A DNA stretch of 64,000 nucleotides. It comes from Lingula anatina. Its lineage: Eukaryota > Animalia > Brachiopoda. The stretch spans positions 21,824,001 to 21,888,000 of the forward strand of contig CM120645.1 of the NCBI GenBank assembly GCA_051362555.1, given 5' to 3'. The translations under genes and the position numbers were made by a program. Below are positions 1 through 34,225 of this stretch, in pieces. The notes below the pieces were generated by a model, which was not told the DNA's origin, did no database searches, and saw only the letters and a list, made by a program, of their open reading frames with translations. Position 1 is the first letter of the stretch. Each line of letters begins with the position of its first letter.

Positions 1-158
1 AAATGGGACGTTTTTAGATGCTCATGTACCTGACGGTACTTTGATCAAGTATGCTCTTTTTCGTGAGCTGTTAGGAGTGCGTTCCATGTGAGGTTATTTT
101 ACTGGAAATGCATTTGACTGGGACCAGAGATTAGGGTACGGTATACGTGACTGCCCAT

Positions 159-193
<35 letters not shown>

Positions 194-692
194 CCGGAAT
201 ATACAAAGAATGAAATATGAAATATAATAAGAAGGGAAAGAGACTTCCAGATTAAGTAAATTTGCGCATTCCAGATTTGTAACTCTCACCTGCTTATAGT
301 AAAGCCTACAGAAACATGAGTAGCTGTATTCAGTGCTCAGCTTCTTTATTGCAACGTATCATGGTTGTCAGTTGGGCTTATGTGCTGGTTCAACAATTAT
401 AGAGATCTCTGTGAACTTACGGCGCTGAATTTAGTCTATTTGCAATTATAAGCTTCTATCCAATGTTTTCTTTTGGGTAACGACCAATTTTTTAACTGAG
501 TCGTCACCGAATAAAAATAAAAGAGAGTCTGCTCTCCATTAGATTCATACAGGATAAGGTTACCATGACGTAAGTGGGTCAAAATCTAGTACGTCGGTGA
601 TATAGCTTTACAAATCACTGAGAACCGAACTGCGCACCACAGCTGACTCTCAGTGTCTCCAACATGTACACATGACAACGGAGGCCATAGTG

Positions 693-1903
693 TTACAAAA
701 AGCAAAAGGACACAGATATTAAAGACATTGCATTGGACCACTTAGGAAGAGGTGGAGAATTTCCGGTCTCCAGCACATACCCATACACCGTTTGCTTGGC
801 CGTGTTAACATTGGCTGCAAGTAGTGTTTGACCAGCTTGGCTAGAGTCCGGGATTGTGAGATACACGGGCGACGCAGGCGGTAGAGGGGCAACAAGCCTC
901 TTTAACAGGACCAAACAGGCTTCGGGAGTATCTCCATACAGAGGACTGACGGCGAATCCATCATTTGCAGGCATTATGGTGCCGTAACCGGCAATTTTTC
1001 CGTCTAGCAGCAAAACTTTGGTCTGGGAATGTTCGATTCTAAACCATATTCTGAGAACACGTTCCCTGGGAATGACATGGAAAGTGGTGTCGTAGTCCAA
1101 TATGGCTTTCCAATCAACCTCCGAATAATCTTTTATTTCATATTTGAACTCTGCGGCTTCAGCCACTGGAATGTTCTTGATAGTGACCACGTACTTGCCC
1201 ACACCACTGCGCATAGACTTTTTGTAGCCCCATTTGAGATACATTGGTGTTATCGCTTCATTTGCCACCAAAACGATCGCTCTGTCGGCGGCCAATGTGT
1301 CTGCTTCCGCCTTTAATGCTCTAGCTGTGAAAAAAATTAATTACTTCATATAACGTTTGACTCGATGTGGTTTGCCTGGGGTTATGAATTGTATATAAGA
1401 ACATTCATTTATACAGGGTACATGCAAACAGTCAAATTATTTAACATTCTTCAAAAGTAATTCAAACTGTCTTTTGATCTTTCTAATACACATGGTATGT
1501 GTTTATTGTCTTTGTCCACGGAGATAACTGAGTCTCCTTTGGTTTAGAGACGGGTTACAGGATTGGCAGTCCGCCAGGAAGCGTAGTGAGTTTACCATTT
1601 TCTTGAGCCAGTACAGTTGACATTTTCTCCATTTACTGACCCCTATACTTCCGACCAACCCCAAACTGCACCAAGAGTATGGTACGCCGGACTTCCACTC
1701 TACGACTACCATTCCTGTCTCAACGGAGGCTCTTTTTTTACATTTTAAAGCATTTTTACGTGTGTGTTAGCAGCCAACAGCTTAACTTACCAATCCCCTT
1801 GCCTCTGTGTTCTGGTTTCACTATCAGATAGCCAAGGAAAGTGTGGGTTTCATTGAAGATATACACCATGACACAGCCTAAAACATCAAAACAGTATCGT
1901 TAT

Positions 1904-1980
<77 letters not shown>

Positions 1981-2789
1981 AAGAGAGGGTATCTATGTTA
2001 CAACGTATCCTGATTTCTTCAAAATAATTAGAGTAGATCTAATTTTTTTTTACGTCTATTCAAACTTTTGCAAAACGGCAGAGGAAGCGATCGAGATATT
2101 ACCCTAGGAAATCCATTTATATCGTACTTTCAATACTTTTAAGTATTAAAATTCCTAACCAATGCACAGCATCACTTAAACTCCACTTAATTCATTCAAC
2201 AAAATCGCACCCAAACTGCATAGCACCCATCAAAATCCTAACAAAGCGAGAGGCCCACGAGTCTCTAGCTTAGTAGGCCAAGAAGGGTTACTCTCATAAA
2301 GCTGAATTATCTAGATCATCACAAGCGAGACACATGTAAGAGACTAGCCCAGTAGGTCAAAAAGGGTTACTCTCATAAAGCCGAGACACGTACCTTTGCT
2401 GAATTCTCTAGATCATCATAAGCGAGACACTTGAGAGTGATTCCACATTTTAAAGCGGAGAAGGCTCCCTGTCAAAAAGGCGAGACACCAAAAACCAAGG
2501 AATTATATAGGACGTCAAAGCTCAAACCATCACTACAAAAAGAGACCAAAGAACAACTCTTGCTTATATATAGGAACCCCTTTATTTTCTATCCTAGCTT
2601 TATACCTATGATTTTGCCGTCTTTTTCAGCAACCCACCAGCCATCCTTGGCAATTTCCATATACGCTCTAATCAGTTGTAGATTGTTAGGTCTCCATCCT
2701 TCCTCTCTGACAATCCCCCAGATGTCGTCTGCGTCGCGCAAGCTTGCCTTACGAACACGGAACCCTTCTCTGTCGACCACAGCCGCCAT
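693..2789 (-). CDS. GNAT-family N-acetyltransferase, YitH/HolE-like (tandem GNAT fold), 3 exons, ~300 aa
   Basis: Exons 2789-2606, 1877-1791 and 1324-693 have GT-AG boundaries and phase-consistent joins (903 nt). The translation MAAVVDREGFRVRKASLRDADDIWGIVREEGW...FLGYLIVKPEHRGKGIARALKAE contains the acetyl-CoA-binding motif A (V.PEHRGKGIA). The C-terminal half (GKIAGYG...VSPLYGD) is typical of the second domain of YitH/HolE-like proteins. Confidence 0.85.
1905..1974. repeat. Compound (GT)n(GA)n microsatellite
   Basis: Directly visible in GNAT intron 1. Confidence 0.95.
2271..2430. repeat. Imperfect ~65-80 bp direct duplication in GNAT intron 1
   Basis: AGTAGG.CAA.AAGGGTTACTCTCATAAAGC...CTAGATCATCA.AAGCGAGACAC occurs twice. 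Confidence 0.8.
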
Positions 2790-3408
2790 TTTACCCGTTA
2801 AGTACGTTTGTTTCCCTTCCGATGGCCTGCATTTGCTTTAGACTGTAATCGACACTCAGCTACTTTTTTAACGAATTAAACTATTTACATTCGTTTACGT
2901 CTGTCCAATATTATGCTTATTAATAAACTTTGATAATTATGAATAATGTTTTGAAACAATCACTTTGTTTTTTAGATTAAACTCGGAACGAATCATGTTC
3001 AGCAGGGTTTAGTTTACAGGTCAGAGTGCAGAGTTCAGCATGTGCCGTCACTTACGATAAGGGTTCCGATATAACGCTAAGCATTGCCACATGCTAAGTA
3101 GCATTTTATTTAACCCAAAGGTCAAGATCATGTTTATCGTTATGCAAACCCTCTCAGGACAGTTATTCCATTTGACTTACGGTAAAACAAAAGGGGTAAA
3201 AGTCATTTTCAGTTTGATGGTATACTATCTGGGTTTGAAAATGTCCTCAAGTAACATTCTGTATGTCCACATATATTGGGCAGCTTCTCACCTTTTATTC
3301 AAACTTTTTAAACTATAAAAATCCACCGATAAATAAGTCTGATATCGTTGATGTTTCCTTCAAACATGCACAGGCGGTTTAATTGACTGGCCAGTCGTGT
3401 TTAGGTTA

Positions 3409-3645
3409 GACTGCCTTCCCATAGATTTAGATCGATCCATCTGGATTGACCTAACTCCCTGGGGGTTTACGCTAAACTCTCTCTCTCTCTCTCTCATTTT
3501 TGCTGTCAGTCGAGCGCGCACGGAAGTTAATTACCCCTTACAGCTTTTAGTAGGCGGGACAGACATTTCAGCCGACTTAGCCGACAGCCATCCAGTGAGA
3601 CTCCCCACGGAGATAGATCGATCTAAAATCTGTGGGAATGGGGTC
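3409..3645. mobile_element. Harbinger/Tourist-like MITE, family copy 1
   Basis: It has imperfect TIRs (..TTCCCATAGATTTAGATCGATC / GATCGATCTAAAATCTGTGGGAA..) and TTA flanks. It is homologous, in opposite orientation, to 20057-20271. Confidence 0.75.
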
Positions 3646-4070
3646 TTAGATTATTTAGTTAGAAATGGTATGAAACGTCGAACACAAGTACAGAGACGAG
3701 TCAGGCAAGGATTCGTCAGTAGAAAATATGCTTTTTTTCGAGGAAATTCGATATAAATTACGGGAAAATAAGATCAAACGTTCGATAAGTTTTGAGCAAA
3801 GATTCCTGGGTGGTAAAACAAACCAAAGTTTCGAGTATCTGGAATATTCCGTTGAAAAATACGTTTTAAAATCGATATTTTCTCAATATCTGGCTTCTAA
3901 AAATTAAATGATTTGCAAGTCAACTAAATGCACGAAAACACAACGCGAACCACTCATAGTGGCTACTAACCATATTGATTGCAGTAGGTGAGTTGTCACA
4001 CTGTCACACCTCGTAATATAACACAAACAGCCTGTTTCACTAGTTAGACCAGAAGATGATCAGAATTTTC

Positions 4071-4370
<300 letters not shown>

Positions 4371-4725
4371 TTGACAGGCTATCGTCTTGGGACTGAATCA
4401 TCAGTTTTAAGTTGATAATTTTAGTATTAACTGTAAATTGTGGACACTTACCGCCCTCCGAAGTACTGTCATTATACAGGTAACAGCCTTGGTTGTTAGT
4501 TTGGGTTAAATAGCCGTCAGGATTCATAACGTTAAAAAGTTGTGAAGATATGTGTTTGGCGAAGGGTATTTGTAATAACAATTACTTTATTTCCACTTCT
4601 GTAACAGATAGGCAATAAATCCATTAGACAAAAATTCCATTAGCGTAAAAGTCACATCTCATCTCTTTCGTACATTGCGTTGAGTTTTTTATCACCGAGT
4701 TTTTTATTACTCACTCACTCTCTCA

Positions 4726-4758
<33 letters not shown>

Positions 4759-5790
4759 GTTAATATTATATTAAGCGAAATGCATATGTGAGCGTTATAA
4801 ATTTGTGTAAATACTGTGTCATCAACACTTCTGATACCGTACTTCTTTTTGAAATCTCATGATTCATTTAAAAAAAAAGAAAACATCAAGCTAAGTACAT
4901 CATACATGTAAGTAGACACAATTAACGAAATTTTAATTATACAACGCTCTAATGCCAAGTTATATTGTAATTTAACTAGCCGTTTAAAACCACAATGCAT
5001 TATCTACATCACGCATGCATGCTTCGGAACATTACCCTAGTTAAGATGACATGAATCGAAGCTCCAGATATGCATACTGGGCACATTACAGAGACAATCA
5101 CCACACTGTGTGCCTCCTTGCATATGTTGATGACACCATACGTGTGTCGTTGTACCTCTTTGTATACATGGACGACGACTTGTTTCACATTGAATGGGCC
5201 ACGACCCAACCAGCCTGGGGATTATCTCGATATACCTACCTGAACACGAATCCAGCGACTGCGACGACACTTATCTCTGCTATCTATGCTAAGTTCAGTT
5301 GATGCTTGGCCCACAGGTGGACAATACTACCGTGCAATGGTGATGAACGCAGAATAATTCATTGACACCTTTAAGTCAAAAGAAGTATGTTTAAAAGGAA
5401 TAATATGTATCTACGTTGAATCTCAGCCATGGACTCAAGTTAACAAGAGTGTTTTCACTGCCACAGTGGACCGTGTTATAGGGCGATACAGGTACTGTAC
5501 TAAGTAAGTACATGTAGTTACGTACATGAAAGTTAACTTTGCTGGACACGGGGACTCTGCGAGAGACAGCTTGGTCCTTATTTCTAACGCCCCCCACTGC
5601 CCCCTTGTAGCAATATAGAGGAAGCTTGGACACTGCATGGAAAAAAGGGATGAAGGCGGAAGAGGAATTCAAAGCAGCACGTGTTTTAATTGATGTGAGC
5701 CGTTAACAATACGCACGTCCTGTACGGTTTTACACTGGGGCAGACACCAGACGATAAGTTCAGTGATTAAGCGTGAAGACAATTTTCATC

Positions 5791-7353
5791 ATGCCCAAAG
5801 GAGGGAATCTCTTTACGTTTCTTTCGAGGCTGCGATGGCAGTTAAAAGCGACCCTTTTGTTTATTCTTACTGCATTGATAGTGCGACTGGGATGGGTCAT
5901 TCAACACACTGTGACGTCATCAGATCCTGTAGGTAAATCTACGTCAGCAAATTATTTGAGTAAAATGGCGTCATCAAATTACGCGAGCAACTTGGGATAT
6001 TTTGAGGCCTCTATTAGCCACAACGAATCAAATGTACCTCTGATTTTACAATCGCCTGTCATCAACATGATATCATATGAGGAAGCCGATGAGGTGACAG
6101 TCGGGTCCACAGGGGTGACGTCACACGAGAAAATGAGTGAGATATCCAAGAAGACAGATCCGCCTCACTCCGATAATATGAAAATTACATCACATCCCGA
6201 CGATCTTACGACGTCGAGCTCGAAAACTGAATGTAAGAACACGTGGAGCGTGGAACCAAGGGGAAAACCAGCGTCAAAAATTGTTTTTCTGAAGACCCAT
6301 AAAGCCGCAAGTAGCACCGTCCAGAACATATTTCTTCGGTACGCGCTTGAACGTAACCTAACAATAGCTCTAGGTTTTAAAGAGCTAGGTTCAGCGCAAC
6401 TAGGCTGGCCTAATTTCTTCAGAAAGGATTTTGCTTATCCCAGCACGAGGGGAACCTATGACGTCATATGTCACCACATGAGATACAGCGAAAATGTTGC
6501 CACGGTTATGCCGTCAGAAACTATATACATTACAGTCATAAGAGACCCTATACGGGTATTCCAATCATACTTCTTTTATTATCAGTTAGATAGGCAGTTC
6601 AAAATAGCAGGAGAAACCGACCCATTGGAAACTTTTTCTAAAAATCCCGGATTGTACGAGCACAAATGGGAGAAAGTTTCTCCTGTAAGAAATGTCATGA
6701 TGTTTGACTTGGGATTAAAGAAAGAAGATATGAACGACGAAAATATGATCGAAGGTAAAATTAAAGAAATTGAGCAACGTTTCCACATTGTCCTTATTGC
6801 TGAATATTTTGACGAGTCACTGATTCTCATGAGGGACCTGCTTAACTGGAGCAATCACGATATTCTTTACTTTAAACAAAACATAATGAGCAACACGACG
6901 AAAAAGACCATATCAGATGCCACAAAACATCGCCTAGAACAATGGAATAAGGCCGATGTTATGCTTTACCAGTATTTCAACGCCACATTCTGGGCCAATG
7001 CGAAGAAATTCTGCTTGGAGAAGCTGGCCGCGGAGGTGAATGCGTTCAGATCTCAACTAAAGCAATGGCAGGCAGATTGCGTCTTGGACGTGATTACCGG
7101 AAATAAAATGTACGATCCTCTTTACAAAACGTACAATCCAAATGCGCTCAGCTACCGGTTGAGGCCCGGTGGACACGGCAACGACACTTGTGTAAATTTG
7201 GCGAAAACAGAAATAGCATTCACGGAGGAAATGCTCAATCGTATGAAGAAAACAAAATCCTTAAACTTTGACGCAAATTATGCCATCACCATTAAAAAGG
7301 GGTCCCCAGAAGAGAAAGAACTTTTAAAGCGATTAGCGGCAATAAAAGGCTGA
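5791..7353 (+). CDS. Galactose-3-O-sulfotransferase (GAL3ST/cerebroside sulfotransferase family), type II Golgi membrane protein, intronless CDS
   Basis: The ORF is open from 5773 (GTG); the first ATG is at 5791 (520 aa). It has an N-terminal TM segment (TLLFILTALIVRLGWVI), a Ser/Thr-rich stem, the 5'-PSB motif IVFLKTHKAASSTVQNIFLRY, the 3'-PB motif YITVIRDP..VFQSYFFY, and the family motifs IAEYFDESLILMRDLLNW and WNKADVMLYQYFNATFW. Confidence 0.93.
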   Translation: MPKGGNLFTFLSRLRWQLKATLLFILTALIVRLGWVIQHTVTSSDPVGKSTSANYLSKMASSNYASNLGYFEASISHNESNVPLILQSPVINMISYEEADEVTVGSTGVTSHEKMSEISKKTDPPHSDNMKITSHPDDLTTSSSKTECKNTWSVEPRGKPASKIVFLKTHKAASSTVQNIFLRYALERNLTIALGFKELGSAQLGWPNFFRKDFAYPSTRGTYDVICHHMRYSENVATVMPSETIYITVIRDPIRVFQSYFFYYQLDRQFKIAGETDPLETFSKNPGLYEHKWEKVSPVRNVMMFDLGLKKEDMNDENMIEGKIKEIEQRFHIVLIAEYFDESLILMRDLLNWSNHDILYFKQNIMSNTTKKTISDATKHRLEQWNKADVMLYQYFNATFWANAKKFCLEKLAAEVNAFRSQLKQWQADCVLDVITGNKMYDPLYKTYNPNALSYRLRPGGHGNDTCVNLAKTEIAFTEEMLNRMKKTKSLNFDANYAITIKKGSPEEKELLKRLAAIKG

Positions 7354-8820
7354 TTTTATTTTCGGTGGTTATATCATTTTTAATTCCGAAAAATAAAAAC
7401 TAGTTTAAGTAGTTATTTTCTGCATTTATTTCTTGGTGTTGTCATTTGAACATGTCACTCGTAGGAGTACTACAAAACATGGCAATGAAATGATTTTGCG
7501 TTTGTGATAAAAACTAAAAATATGACACTATTAATTACAATGTAGCACAACACACCAACTAATTAAAATGGCTGGAAAAAACTAAAATGGGGTTGTGCAG
7601 ATATTAACCAAGCAACATGTAAATTTTTTACAGAGAATGTAATCATAATTTTATTCATTTTTGTACACAATGACATGATTTATGGCAATTTAATAAATTC
7701 AAGATTGAAGCTGAAATTCAAATATAAGCTGTCATAGGGTGATTCTACGATTCACTGAGTAAGAAGGCAAGGCAAATCAAACAAAGCTTAAACTTTAGAG
7801 GACAACTTGTCAAATGATTTCTAGTTAACCAATAGCTAGATATAAATCATACATCTTTTATAATTACCAATAACATAATTTTTCTTGCAAAGCAACTAAA
7901 TAGTGCATACATGTGTTAAATAAAATCTGAATCATAAATAACTAAATGCCATGGAGCGATTTGGTATTATTTTCTTTTAATTAATTTCAATGACTACACA
8001 TGACAGACAATACAGGGACAAACATTTCACTTACATGATTTGTCACGTAGCAATTAAACTATTGTGACTATGTACAGGACTATTTTCTGGGGAAATTTTC
8101 TCAGCAAGCATCTCAAACTAAAATTACCAAAACAAAATATGAAGTATTAAGATTCCAAATTGGGCTTTAAAAACATCAACTGTATGTATTTGGTAAAATA
8201 ATAAAACTTCTGTACCAGTTATCAATATTGAGGTTTCCTGGCACCATCAAATGTTTGCTTTAATCCATTATCCAAAACATGATTTGCATTTTCACTCGTT
8301 TTTCTTTACCGCTTTTCATAATGAACACAACATAGCCAATGTTTGATAAATACAAGTTTTTTTTTGTATACAAGACTTATGGAATATTCCTGAATTTACC
8401 TCATTTTATTATTTTTTTCCATAACTACTCTTCTCTTTGCTGTTTTCTTAGCAAACTGGATAATTTTCAATTGTAAATAATAACTAACAGATAGTTCTAT
8501 AATCATATTATTCCCATGGATTTTCCTGTTCTTTTGCAGAACATCGTCTGCTGCCAAAGCCCACTTTCCAATTTCTGTTGATAGTTTCACACGATATGAG
8601 GATAAAATTCCAACCAGAACCAACAAATTCAATGACATACCCTTATCTCTAGGAAGATAATATTGTTTACCATGATTTTTCAACTGTTTGCCAGCTTGGA
8701 TAGCAATAACACCAATTTCCCCTTAGGTCTGAGCCAATCAGACAGCTGTATTTTTCAAACCAATCAAGTGCCTGCATTTTCCAACCAATCAGATGATACA
8801 GTTTTACTATGTGCAGATCA

Positions 8821-8858
<38 letters not shown>

Positions 8859-9259
8859 ATGCCAAGAATGTCTCCATGGACAGATGAACAGCATAAACGT
8901 TACAATCTCAATCCTCGTCATTTCTGAACTTCCATATCACGCATGTCAGTATTTATAAATTAACTGTCATATCCAACGATTTATATCCACACTCCATATC
9001 CATACACAGTAAAACTAATACATTTTTTGCGGGCTCTCTATGCTTACAAACCATGGTGTTTAAGGATGCCACCAACTGTTATCAATGTCTTCACATTACA
9101 GGTATGCTAAAAATCCAACATCCGTCCTAGTGTTTCTTCCTGTCAAGGCATCACCCACACAAAGCTTTGGTTCATCTATCTGTTATCCACAGCAATACAG
9201 TTTATCATCATTATCCTTATTATGGCCACCTTGGAGACATAATAATTGTGTGCTGGCCT

Positions 9260-31962
<22,703 letters not shown>

Positions 31963-32334
31963 AAACGAATCACCTGAGGGAAATATATTGCGTTGTTTCC
32001 GTATCACACATTGTGCTTGGTTCATCTAATGCAATTGAATAACTTTACAAATTGTGTTCGGACGCACTGTAGATAATATTTGTAGGGATGTATTTTAAAA
32101 TGTGTCAAAAAGCAAAGCGGGTAAATTAGATTCTGAAAGGAATTTCCGTCGATGAGGTTAAAAGATCGCATTTTCAGCCTACGCGAGGATTTACGTATAC
32201 TATGTATTTCCACGAAAACGATATCAGGATTAGAACCTATTGTCTTAGTTATTACCTGCACGATAAGGCATTCATGCACTGTAAAATTATCCATTTCCAA
32301 ATAGTGCATAGAACTCTTTTTAATTAAAATATAT

Positions 32335-32369
<35 letters not shown>

Positions 32370-32716
32370 TGTGTCATTTATAATTTTAATATTTTTTAAA
32401 AAAATATTTGAGTTTGTGTGTGATAGAAGTTAGATAAAGTCTTAATCGGTTTGTAATTAGGACCTGAACGAAAGGCCCAGATTTCTAGCATTTATCGATA
32501 ATCAAAATCAAGATGTCAAATATGTTTTAAATATCTCATTAGAAACATTTAGGTTCATATGTTCAAGCATAGCAAAACTTCAGTTTTCTATATACAAATC
32601 GTACGTAAAGGTGGGGTGGGAGTGCAAGGCTGGGGTTATTTATTTATTTATTTATTCATTTATTTATTAGGGGCGTAGCTATTGAAGGCCTACAATATAT
32701 ATAATTACATGTATAA

Positions 32717-32771
<55 letters not shown>

Positions 32772-33051
32772 TAGCATCGGAGGACATCATCTCAACTGAA
32801 ACAAATGTAAGGGACTTCTGATAAACTTGGAGAAAGGGGTAAAAAACTAACACCTTTATAAAATCGAAAATAAAAACACTTCTTTTCCAATAAAAAAAAT
32901 TCTGGGGAGTAAAAGATTAGGTAAATGCTGATTCTCAACATTTGGCTCATTTGAAGAAAAGAAAAAATGATGTTAAAGATATATTCGCGAATTCTATTAT
33001 TTCTAAAACTCCAGCTTTTTGATTTATCATGGAATTCTTTTTAATTCATGC

Positions 33052-33324
33052 CAGGGCCGTAGCCTGAGCAAAATGCCAGGGGGGGCAGTAAGCGGACACG
33101 AGGGGGCGAAGCCTCCGACGGGGGAGGTTGTGGGAGGGGGTGTCCCCCTCCCACGATTGTTGAATGATTGTCTAGTGGCCATGAGTGCATTTTCTCACAG
33201 AATTGATACCAACTTTGCAATTATTTTTTTACCTTTGCGATTATTATTATTTTTTTTTTTTTTTGCACCTCAAATCCCAGGGGGGGCAGCTGCCCCCCCT
33301 GCCCCCCCGGAGGCTACGGCCCTG
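33052..33324. mobile_element. GC-rich MITE with TIR CAGGGCCGTAGCCT and 5-bp TSD CATGC (hAT-like)
   Basis: It has a 14-bp perfect terminal inverted repeat, with CATGC at 33047-33051 and 33325-33329. It is present only in duplication unit A. Confidence 0.8.
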
Positions 33325-34225
33325 CATGCCTTGCCAGTATGGAGAGTTTTGGTATTTAATTACGAAGGTAACGAAAGTTTTAAAAATAACAACCCTTTTG
33401 GATAATATTGATAATAACAAAATATTGCTGTGTTTTTTAAATCAGTAGTTATGAAAAGAATCATTGTTTAGGTTTATTATATAGCACTGCCGTCAATTTT
33501 TAGTAACATTTTGTAAATTATTTTTATTACAACATCTTTTAATTACATGGATTTTGTGTTTACACTGTTGCCCAAAAGGTTGGGACAAGTAATGATGTTT
33601 TCCTTTTTTTTTTCTATTTCGTCATTGTTGGGGCAATTGCCGTCAAAATCGATGGCATTGTTTATTGCGCTCCGTGCATTGTTCTTCTGACATGCGTTGG
33701 GGCAACTGTAAGTTTGGACATTTTTTTCAAGTTTCTAGCTTCAAAGGCTTTGGCCGGACAAAAACGTCAACGCCTCTAGATACAGCAACTCCATTCCGCA
33801 CGTCTAGTGCCATTCCCTAGAGAATTATTTGTGTGATACATTTATATCTGACAAGAAGAAGAATTCAATGCAACTCCACATACAGCCTGTTAATTTATAA
33901 CGTTCATATATTACAAGGGACAGTACCGGTATGTTGCTTTGATAAAAACGTTTGCCCCAAAGAAGTACATAACAGTTGTTTGGTATCAATGGATCTCTGA
34001 AAAGAGGAAATAAGGAGCCAAAGGTGACCCCTATTGACGCGACTGCATTTAGAACCTGAAGCATAGGGGGCACAATGGTGGAAGAAGCTCGGGCGAAAAG
34101 TTTCTTTTTTTTAATTTGCTTTAAAATGTTCACAAATGCGGTGATGGTCCTCAGACTCTTTAGCATTTCCTCGCTAACCGAAAAACTGTCGTTCGTCAAT
34201 CCAAATAAAATAGGCCCGTTAGCTG

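Noticed and set aside
2431-2841. 136-aa plus-strand ORF and similar antisense ORFs (6582-6854, 36136-36387, 47303-47557, 57903-58145)
   Set aside because: They are shadow ORFs opposite real coding exons.
32022-32309. Short ORF (LEMDNF..HE.L..VIT..IGSNP) seemingly conserved at 43187 and 53613
   Set aside because: The similarity is explained by the segmental duplication. Starts and stops differ between copies and no domain is recognisable.
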